From a virus (Duplodnaviria > Caudoviricetes): a DNA stretch of 27,525 bases. The translations under genes were made by a program, and so were the position numbers. Below, one piece after another: positions 8,454 through 15,932 of the stretch. Under the pieces are notes generated by a model. It saw only the letters and a program-made list of their open reading frames with translations, ran no database searches and was not told where the DNA came from. Each line of letters opens with the position of its first letter. Within the stretch, counting starts at the first letter, position 1. The stretch is taken from IMG/VR virus record IMGVR_UViG_3300032234_000731, positions 1 to 27,525 of that record. The stretch is one strand, 5' to 3'.

Positions 8454-9019
8454 GTGCAGATATTGACCTGGATTTTGCTGATCGCAGTGCTGTACTGAGT
8501 TTGATTCGGCATACGCCTGCACGTCAAAGTGACGGCCGCCGACACAATTCAGGAGTGTATGTCACAGACATTCCGCAGGATCCTGTGCACGGTTGTGCTG
8601 CAATAGATTACGAAACTGCAGAAAAACGTGGCTACTTCAAGCTGGACTTTTTGAACATGAGTGTGTACAGTTTGATTCAAAGTCCTGAACACTACGAACA
8701 GATGCTGGTCGCAACTCCGCCATGGAGCCGACTGTGGACTGATGCTCAATGGGTTAGGCAATTGGCACATGTGGGCAATTACTATGATTTGCTGAAAGAA
8801 ATGAAGCCAGATTCAATACCAAGACTGGCTGCTTTTATCAGTATCATTCGCCCGGGCAAAGCACACCTACAGCGACGACCCTGGGCAGAAGTATTTGACA
8901 GTGTGTGGGACGGTGATGCCAGTAAAGGTTTTGTATTCAAAAAGTCACATGCTATTTCATATGCTAGGCTTGTGGCCTTGCACATGAACCTGCTTAGTCC
9001 ATGCGACGAACCAGCGTAA
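8450..9019 (+). CDS. dnaE: condensed DNA polymerase III alpha (DnaE)-like catalytic core
   Basis: Motifs ADIDLDF, HNSGVYV, GYFKLDFL, PDSIPRLAAFISIIRPG and FKKSHAISY occur in DnaE order within 189 aa. Confidence 0.75.
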   Translation: MSADIDLDFADRSAVLSLIRHTPARQSDGRRHNSGVYVTDIPQDPVHGCAAIDYETAEKRGYFKLDFLNMSVYSLIQSPEHYEQMLVATPPWSRLWTDAQWVRQLAHVGNYYDLLKEMKPDSIPRLAAFISIIRPGKAHLQRRPWAEVFDSVWDGDASKGFVFKKSHAISYARLVALHMNLLSPCDEPA

Positions 9020-9371
9020 TTGATTTGCGTTTGCTTTTTTTACGAGCTATGTCTTGAAGACTGCAAATGGGGCCATGCAGTATTTCGAGGTCTTTGTTTG
9101 AAAATGTTCGCAGAGTATTTCTAAATCGTTCCCAGTCGCCGCGCAGGAATATGTTTATGGGTATGGATCTGTTGCTTTCCCACCACCATTGTCCTGCCAG
9201 CTCCAAGAACTCCAGTTTGTCTTGCTGAGTTTGCACAGCACCAAAATCGTAGATAGTGGTCACAGCATCGTCGCGATTCTGCACTATACCTATGTATTCA
9301 ACGTTGGCATAAATGCACAGCGTTATAAACGGGTATTTTTCGGTTAGCTTTTCAAATAAGTTATTGCCCAT
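8994..9371 (-). CDS. phage hypothetical protein (125 aa)
   Basis: ORF preceded by a minus-strand TATAAATA; basic C-terminus. Confidence 0.75.
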   Translation of the reverse strand: MGNNLFEKLTEKYPFITLCIYANVEYIGIVQNRDDAVTTIYDFGAVQTQQDKLEFLELAGQWWWESNRSIPINIFLRGDWERFRNTLRTFSNKDLEILHGPICSLQDIARKKSKRKSITLVRRMD

Positions 9372-9377
9372 CGGAGG

Positions 9378-9397
9378 TATTTATAATCGGATAAATA
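9378..9397. promoter_or_regulatory. back-to-back T4-like late promoters
   Basis: TATAAATA on the minus strand (9378-9385) and GATAAATA on the plus strand (9390-9397), in a 31-nt divergent gap. Confidence 0.7.
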
Positions 9398-9402
9398 GGT
9401 AG

Positions 9403-10473
9403 ATGTATTCTACCACCGTTTATCTATATCAACAAATCACTCGTGTGTTACTTGTGGACACCAGCGGTGGCTATTTCACAGCGAGGTACGATCCAGTGTA
9501 TGCCAAACAACTTACTATAAACAAAGGAGTAGATAATGTTCTACTTTTTGAATTCATTAATCAGGACCAAAAGCCTGTGAACATCACTGGATCCAGTTTT
9601 GTTTTTAGACTAATGAACCAAACTGGGGACAGACTGATCCTTGAAAAGAATATGGACATACTCAGTGCAAGCACCGGGCGTGTCAAAGTGGTACTAAACA
9701 GTGCTGACACCATTGAAGTCATTGCACAGCCCGGTAGCTATAGTATTCAGCGCACCGCGGGCAGTTATGTGCAGTCGGCCTTTGTAGATGACAATTCAGG
9801 TGCTCGTGGCAACTGTGACATAGTGGATTCAGTGTTCCCTCAGTTCATACCCAGCCAAGAGCTTACTATTCCCACAATCTACGGCAAAGCACAGCAGCTA
9901 CAACCTGGTCCCACAAACTGGCCAGACTGGGCACTGCAACCTGAGCCAGTGAACACCACACAAAACACAGAATTCTACAGCAGCGAACTATCCACTAATG
10001 GGCAACAGCTGACTACGGTCAGCATGGACCTTGACCATTACACCGGAACAATCAAAGCTCAGGCTGCACAGGATTATCTTGGTGTTTGGTACGATGTCAC
10101 TGCCAGTTACGAGTTTTTCAGCGAAACCAAACGCTGGCATTTGAACATCGAAGGCTTTCATCCATTGATCCGTTTGGCGTTCAACAACAGTCTGGGGTTT
10201 GGTGCCACTGCCAACGCCACAGTTACCGATGGTGTGGTCACTGCTGTCACCCTTACTAACCCTGGACAAGGCTATGTGGCACCACCCAGACTGCAGATCT
10301 TGGGCAACGGTGCAGGTGCCGAAGCCACAACCACACTGGGCGACAACAGCCAAGTTGCAGGAATTACCATTGTGAGTGGAGGTTCGGGATACTTGCCTTT
10401 GCAGTATCAGGGCACTGTGGCAGCCACAGTTTTGATTGACAACGGTACCATAACTAATCTCCAATATCGTTGA
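9403..10473 (+). CDS. putative virion structural protein (baseplate/tail-associated)
   Basis: Late promoter. Beta-sandwich-like N-terminus; C-terminal GATANATV..VTLTNPGQGY and GAEATTT..ITIVSGGSGY repeats typical of phage structural proteins. Confidence 0.6.
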   Translation: MYSTTVYLYQQITRVLLVDTSGGYFTARYDPVYAKQLTINKGVDNVLLFEFINQDQKPVNITGSSFVFRLMNQTGDRLILEKNMDILSASTGRVKVVLNSADTIEVIAQPGSYSIQRTAGSYVQSAFVDDNSGARGNCDIVDSVFPQFIPSQELTIPTIYGKAQQLQPGPTNWPDWALQPEPVNTTQNTEFYSSELSTNGQQLTTVSMDLDHYTGTIKAQAAQDYLGVWYDVTASYEFFSETKRWHLNIEGFHPLIRLAFNNSLGFGATANATVTDGVVTAVTLTNPGQGYVAPPRLQILGNGAGAEATTTLGDNSQVAGITIVSGGSGYLPLQYQGTVAATVLIDNGTITNLQYR

Positions 10474-10498
10474 TATTGTCGGCAAGATCTGTTAAAAT
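10470..10498 (+). promoter_or_regulatory. sigma70-type promoter
   Basis: TTGATA-17 nt-TAAAAT with an extended TGn; ATG 10505 lies 6 nt downstream. Confidence 0.65.
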
Positions 10499-10504
10499 AT
10501 ACAG

Positions 10505-11491
10505 ATGCTTGACATTCAAACTTACTTGCCGGCAAAACGTAAATCCAGCCCTAGCGGCTGGATAAGCTTTAATGCAGTATGTTGTCAGCACAACGGGCAA
10601 AATCCAGATCGACGTCAACGTGGCGGACTCAAAACCAACGAACAGGGTTGGAGTTATCACTGCTTCAATTGTGGGTACACTGCCAGCTTTATCCTTGGCC
10701 GTACATTAAGTTATAAGGCCCGTAGGCTCTTGAGCTGGTTGGGAGTGTCTGATACTGAAATAGACGTACTAAATCTTGAAAGCTTGCGACATCGCAGCAT
10801 ACATGGCATCATTGACGATCGCAAGCGTGTGTCGGATGCCATACAAGGTATTGAATTCAACGAAGGCGATGATTTGCCTCCTGGTAGTGAATTAATCACA
10901 CCCGAAATGCCACTGTATTGGAAGTACATCAGAGACAGACATGTGCCCGAAGATTTCCCTATGCTTACAGCAATACGCAATGATGGTATTCATTGGGTGC
11001 GTCCGCACGTTACAGTGCCGTTTACTTACGATGGCAAAATGATAGGATGGACTGCTAGATTTTTAGACAACAAGCAGCCTAAGTATATCAACCACAGTCA
11101 ACCGGGGTATGTGTTTGGTGTGGATCAACAGCACGAGTCTTGGCAACATGTGTTGGTCATGGAGGGTATTTTTGATGCACTCTGTATAGGCGGCTTGGCA
11201 GTGATGCACAACACCATAAGCGATGGTCAGGCCAAACTGATTCGCAGTCTTGGCAGAGAAGTCACGGTTGTGCCAGACCAGGATTCTGCAGGCATGGAAT
11301 TGGTTGATAGAGCCATGGAACTGGGTTGGGCTGTGAGTATACCTGCTTGGGAAGATTGTAAAGATGTCAATGATGCTGTGAAGAAGTATGGGCGCTTGGG
11401 TACCTTACTAAGTATCATGCAAGCTAGAGAAACCAGTCGTATCAAAATAGAATTAAGGAAGAAGAATCTTGTTAAAAGACTACGGAGTTGA
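10505..11491 (+). CDS. DNA primase (T4 gp61-like)
   Basis: Zn-binding FNAVCC...YHCFNCG; KYIN; TOPRIM motifs MEGIFDAL and PDQD; KDVND; adjacent to the helicase. Confidence 0.85.
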   Translation: MLDIQTYLPAKRKSSPSGWISFNAVCCQHNGQNPDRRQRGGLKTNEQGWSYHCFNCGYTASFILGRTLSYKARRLLSWLGVSDTEIDVLNLESLRHRSIHGIIDDRKRVSDAIQGIEFNEGDDLPPGSELITPEMPLYWKYIRDRHVPEDFPMLTAIRNDGIHWVRPHVTVPFTYDGKMIGWTARFLDNKQPKYINHSQPGYVFGVDQQHESWQHVLVMEGIFDALCIGGLAVMHNTISDGQAKLIRSLGREVTVVPDQDSAGMELVDRAMELGWAVSIPAWEDCKDVNDAVKKYGRLGTLLSIMQARETSRIKIELRKKNLVKRLRS

Positions 11492-12929
11492 TGTACAACG
11501 ATTGTTTTTGGAAATGATGTTGGAAGACGCACAGAGTTATGTGCGTGTGCAAAACATTTACAATCCAGACAACTTTGACAAAAGCCTGCGACCGGCAGCA
11601 AACTTTGTCAAAGAACACAGTGCTAAATTTAACACACTGCCCGACCGTACACAGATTGCTGCGGCCACTGGGGTCAAACTGCAATCTGTCCCAGACCTCA
11701 ACGAAGGCCACTACAACTGGTTCATGGAAGAGTTTGAGGGTTTTACCAAGCGTCAAGAGCTAGAACGTGCTATTCTCAAAGCCGCAGACTTGTTGGAAAA
11801 GGGCGAGTTTGAACCGGTGGAAAAGCTGATCAAAGATGCTGTGCAGATCAGCTTGACCAAAGACTTGGGCACAGACTTCTGGATGGATCCTGAAGGCATG
11901 TTTACCAAATACTTTGATGCAGGTGGCCAAGTAAGTACAGGGTGGCCACAAGTGGATAGATTGCTGTATGGTGGATTCAGTCGCGGAGAACTAAACATTT
12001 TTGCTGGCGGCTCTGGCTCAGGCAAAAGCTTGGTCATGATGAACATTGCACTGAACTGGGTGCAAATGGGCTTGCACGGTGTTTATATCAGTTTGGAACT
12101 GAGTGAAGAACTCACAGGCTTGCGTACTGCGGCAATGTTGACTGACATGAGTACCAAAGACATTCGGAAAGATAAATCTACAGCAGCACTCAAAATCAAA
12201 ATGGTAGGCAAGAAAGCTGGCAGCTATCAGGTCAAAGCATTGCCGGCACAAAGCAACATCAATGATATTCGTGCTTTTTTGAAAGAGTATCAGATTAAAA
12301 CAGGTCACAAGGTAGACTTCATGATGGTGGACTATTTGGACCTGCTGATGCCTGTGAGTGCAAAAGTCAGCCCCAACGACTTGTTTGTCAAAGACAAGTA
12401 TGTGAGTGAAGAACTGCGTAACTTGGCCAAAGAGCTGGGTATTTTGCTTGTGACAGCAAGTCAGTTGAATCGAAGTGCGGTAGAAGAGATTGAATTTGAT
12501 CACAGCCATATTAGTGGTGGTATTTCAAAGATCAATACAGCAGACAACGTGTTTGGCATTTTTACAAGTCGTGCTATGAAAGAGCGAGGCAAGTATCAGA
12601 TTCAGTGTATGAAAAGTCGTAGCTCCACAGGTGTAGGACAGAAGATTGACTTAGAATACAACATTGATACCATGCGTATCACAGACGCAGGTGGCGACGA
12701 GCAAGATACATTCCGTGGTGGTCCCAAAGCCAGTTTTATGGATGCTATCAAAGCCAAATCAACAGTGAAAAGTGACGGCGAAGAAAAACCCCCTGTATGG
12801 GAGAAACCACAAGGGGGAACTCATGCCTGGGACAAGCCCATGGCTCAATCAGATAATACACCCAAAGTGTCTGCTGATGTTCAGAGTGCCAAACTCAAAC
12901 AGTTGTTAGGCAAGATCAAATCAAACTAA
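11469..12929 (+). CDS. dnaB: replicative DNA helicase (DnaB / T4 gp41-like)
   Basis: GGSGSGKS (Walker A), ISLEL, MVDYLDL (Walker B), TASQLNR, MKSR. TTG start after TAAGGA. Confidence 0.9.
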   Translation: MLKDYGVDVQRLFLEMMLEDAQSYVRVQNIYNPDNFDKSLRPAANFVKEHSAKFNTLPDRTQIAAATGVKLQSVPDLNEGHYNWFMEEFEGFTKRQELERAILKAADLLEKGEFEPVEKLIKDAVQISLTKDLGTDFWMDPEGMFTKYFDAGGQVSTGWPQVDRLLYGGFSRGELNIFAGGSGSGKSLVMMNIALNWVQMGLHGVYISLELSEELTGLRTAAMLTDMSTKDIRKDKSTAALKIKMVGKKAGSYQVKALPAQSNINDIRAFLKEYQIKTGHKVDFMMVDYLDLLMPVSAKVSPNDLFVKDKYVSEELRNLAKELGILLVTASQLNRSAVEEIEFDHSHISGGISKINTADNVFGIFTSRAMKERGKYQIQCMKSRSSTGVGQKIDLEYNIDTMRITDAGGDEQDTFRGGPKASFMDAIKAKSTVKSDGEEKPPVWEKPQGGTHAWDKPMAQSDNTPKVSADVQSAKLKQLLGKIKSN

Positions 12930-12930
12930 C

Positions 12931-14040
12931 ATGACAGAGTTTTGCCGTCACTTAAAAAATGGATTGGTATACAACAATGATACCACAGCGTTTACAGTGG
13001 CACCTTGTTGCTTCTTTCGCGGCAACCGATACAAAATAGATCCCAATCAAGACCTATTGGGTCAGTTATCTGCACACAGAACACACTGGATTACTGCCGA
13101 CGTCAAAAGCGATTGTAAAATCTGTATTGATGCCGAAAAACAAAACACTACCAGTTATCGCCAGGCTTCGTTTGACTTTATACAAGGCGCTGACAACAGA
13201 CTAGAGTTTTTGACTGTGGCGGTGAACAAAAAATGCAACTTGGCCTGCGCATCTTGCAGTGCAGCATCCAGTAGTTTTTGGTATCAAGAAAACAGCAGAA
13301 ACAATCTAGTGCAAGGCCACACTATACATCAAATGCACCAGGAAGACCGTGCTGGTATTATAGCAGACAAGTTTATTCAATTACTGGCAGAACAAGATTT
13401 AAGTGCGCTGACTTACCTCAAGTTCGGTGGCGGCGAACCTTTGATGTCGGATACTCATGAAAAGATAATGTCCTTGATACCGGACCCCAGCAAAGTCACT
13501 GTGCAATACACTAGCAACTTCAGTATCATGCCCAGCCAATCTGTTTTACAAACTTGGGAAAAGTTCAAGTTAGTCAAATGGGTAGCAAGTCTAGATGGTG
13601 TTGGTGATCACTTTGAGTTTTTGCGTTGGCCCTATCGCTGGCAAAAGCTAGAGCCCTTTGTAGCAGGTGCAATCAACACAGTGCCGGGCAATGTGATGTT
13701 TGGGGTTGAACACACAGTTAACCCATTGAATGCATTTTATTTTGATCGGTTCGAATCTTGGTTCAAACAGCACCTTGGTGCCAATAGATATGGTGATCAG
13801 TCTGATCTCAACATACACCTATGCACCGGTGTCCTGGGAATTGAGCACACACCGCCAGCTTTACGTGATAAGATAAAACGTCATTATGGCGTAAGGCATG
13901 CAGTGTCAATTGCGCTTGATCAAAAACCCTACTCTGGCAGTGTCGCAGCTCTGGTGCAGTATCTTGATCAGCTAGACCAGTGGCGCGGCACTAGCTGGAG
14001 AAGTATCTTTTCTGAAGTACAAGAATTTTTCAATGCCTAA
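12931..14040 (+). CDS. radical SAM protein with N-terminal SPASM/twitch-like Cys cluster
   Basis: CNLACASC, GGGEPL, YTSN, ASLDG, FLRWP; N-terminal FC..APCC..CKIC. Confidence 0.87.
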   Translation: MTEFCRHLKNGLVYNNDTTAFTVAPCCFFRGNRYKIDPNQDLLGQLSAHRTHWITADVKSDCKICIDAEKQNTTSYRQASFDFIQGADNRLEFLTVAVNKKCNLACASCSAASSSFWYQENSRNNLVQGHTIHQMHQEDRAGIIADKFIQLLAEQDLSALTYLKFGGGEPLMSDTHEKIMSLIPDPSKVTVQYTSNFSIMPSQSVLQTWEKFKLVKWVASLDGVGDHFEFLRWPYRWQKLEPFVAGAINTVPGNVMFGVEHTVNPLNAFYFDRFESWFKQHLGANRYGDQSDLNIHLCTGVLGIEHTPPALRDKIKRHYGVRHAVSIALDQKPYSGSVAALVQYLDQLDQWRGTSWRSIFSEVQEFFNA

Positions 14041-14686
14041 TTTAATCTGTTTCCCGCACTACACCTGTGGTGGGTTGTTGTGTGATATCTTGTCAGACAC
14101 TTTTAGCCCCTTGGCAGCCAACGGTGGTATCAACAGCATACAGCATGGTATAGGCAAAATTGGCGATAACAACACAGTATTGACTGAGTATGATCCCGAG
14201 CAGTTTATGGACCGTGTGACCGTAATGACTCTTCCAGCTAACAGTTGGGTTGGCACACATTGCTGGCCGGGACGTTTGCCTTTGGAACAATTTGATCAAG
14301 TTATTGTAATCACTACTACAACATTCAAAAGCAAAATTTATCGTTGGGCAAGGGCACACTATCACTATTTTGCACCACAGTGGACCGGCCTCACCGGGAT
14401 GGAACTAGTAGACAAGGCACGTGAAACTGCAAAAAATTATGTAGTGCCATTTGAGCCAATCTTTTTAAAAGAAAATGTGCTCAATGTTGAATTTGCAGAT
14501 ATAGTCGAGACCACAGAAGAATTTTATCATGCTGTTAACCATTGCGACTGTGCGATGCACATAGATCGTTGGAAAGAAGTCAACAGTTTTCTGTACGCAG
14601 ATAAATTTTGGGACAGCAAAATTGTTCAATACTTCTACCAAGCCGAGTTTGAAGTAAATCTTGGTAGGTATTACAAATACAATTAA
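14033..14686 (+). CDS. hypothetical protein, possible sulfotransferase/P-loop-like fold
   Basis: N-terminal LICFPHYTCGGLLCDIL loosely resembles the 5'-PSB loop; GTH and LNVEFADI match later elements. The functional call is weak. Confidence 0.45.
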   Translation: MPNLICFPHYTCGGLLCDILSDTFSPLAANGGINSIQHGIGKIGDNNTVLTEYDPEQFMDRVTVMTLPANSWVGTHCWPGRLPLEQFDQVIVITTTTFKSKIYRWARAHYHYFAPQWTGLTGMELVDKARETAKNYVVPFEPIFLKENVLNVEFADIVETTEEFYHAVNHCDCAMHIDRWKEVNSFLYADKFWDSKIVQYFYQAEFEVNLGRYYKYN

Positions 14687-15612
14687 GCAATAGCACCACG
14701 GATCACAACATACCGCAACACAATGGCTTCGCTGAGCGAACCGCCAGTGATGTTTCTTACAGAAATAACTGCTGAACCTGCTGAGCAGTTTGCGTCTAAA
14801 TTGTAGGCAGCACCTGTTGCTGCGCCGCCCACAATGTTCAATATCAACAAGTCTCTTGCACCGATAGTGCTGTTGGTCAGTGTAAACTGAACAGTAGTGG
14901 CTGCTGACAAAGAACTATTTTGCATGGTGATTTCACCGCAACGTTTGTTTAGTGTTACACCGGTTGACTTGCTGGAGGCCTGAGTTACTGTGCCGCCGGT
15001 GCCTGTACTGTATCCAACAGCAGATTCAGCAGTGCCCAGCAATGGGCGACTAAGGTCATTGATAGTAATGATAGTACCACCATCCACTGTGGCAAATTCA
15101 AATTGATAAACTCCAGTAACAGCAAATGTAATCACACTGCTGGCGTAGCCTTGTAAACCACTAATCCCTTGGCTAACTGATGCTGGTAGTGTAACAGTTT
15201 GGCTAACATTGGTGATGTTGAATTCCACTCGTACTGTGCCTGCTGTACCTGCAGTGGGCCAGTTTGAAAAACTCAAACTGATAGGTCCACTGAGGTTAAT
15301 CTGTTGGAATGGTGCAACAGAGTAATCGATATTGATAGAACCAGCAGTGGCAGTAAGAGCACTGTACGCATAGCTAACGTCACGCAACTGCACAGCATAG
15401 ATCTCTTGATTGTTCATATTGTTGTCAAGAGTGGTTCCTGTAATAGCTGCTTTGAGTATGGCTTTGCTCTGAAGCTCGGTTATTTCGTCCGCAGCGTATT
15501 GAAAATTTGTCTTAGTATTAGTAAAATTGTCACGCATGCCTTGTGTGTTGTTGGGCACACCGGCAACTGGGTAAGTCCCGTCTATGTTGTTGGGATTGAT
15601 CTGACTGGTCAT
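14683..15612 (-). CDS. putative tail fibre / virion structural protein
   Basis: N-terminal IDGTYPVAG.NNTQGMRDNF..K.NF..A..EITELQ, a T/S/G-rich beta body, and a late promoter upstream. Confidence 0.7.
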   Translation of the reverse strand: MTSQINPNNIDGTYPVAGVPNNTQGMRDNFTNTKTNFQYAADEITELQSKAILKAAITGTTLDNNMNNQEIYAVQLRDVSYAYSALTATAGSINIDYSVAPFQQINLSGPISLSFSNWPTAGTAGTVRVEFNITNVSQTVTLPASVSQGISGLQGYASSVITFAVTGVYQFEFATVDGGTIITINDLSRPLLGTAESAVGYSTGTGGTVTQASSKSTGVTLNKRCGEITMQNSSLSAATTVQFTLTNSTIGARDLLILNIVGGAATGAAYNLDANCSAGSAVISVRNITGGSLSEAIVLRYVVIRGAIA

Positions 15613-15636
15613 AAGGTATCCTTGTGGAGTATTAGA

Positions 15637-15666
15637 TATTTATTCCCAGCCCCAAATCGCTAAATA
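15637..15666. promoter_or_regulatory. divergent late promoters
   Basis: AATAAATA on the minus strand (15637-15644) and GCTAAATA on the plus strand (15659-15666). Confidence 0.6.
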
Positions 15667-15685
15667 ATACAAAGGTCCCTATAAC

Positions 15686-15931
15686 ATGCAAAAAAAGACC
15701 CGCAGTTTGCTGGAAGAATTAGATAGTTTGTACATTGAGCGCGATCGCAAAGTCTTGATCGAAAATCGTGCTACCAATGTAATTGAATCTGCTATTCGGC
15801 TGATTGAACAGATAGAATCTGAATATTCAGCCGAACAAGCAGAAAATTTAACTCGCAAACTGTTGAATGCAATACGTGCCAAGGACGCTGGTAAATTTTC
15901 CAGATCAGTAAAAAGAACACATGCAGAATAA
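15686..15931 (+). CDS. phage hypothetical protein (81 aa, helical)
   Basis: ORF after a late promoter and an AAGG SD. Confidence 0.7.
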   Translation: MQKKTRSLLEELDSLYIERDRKVLIENRATNVIESAIRLIEQIESEYSAEQAENLTRKLLNAIRAKDAGKFSRSVKRTHAE

Positions 15932-15932
15932 T

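Noticed and set aside
8450-9019. dnaE pseudogene or split-intein dnaE
   Set aside because: The ORF is intact with all motifs preserved despite internal shortening, and no intein N- or C-terminal motifs are fused to it.
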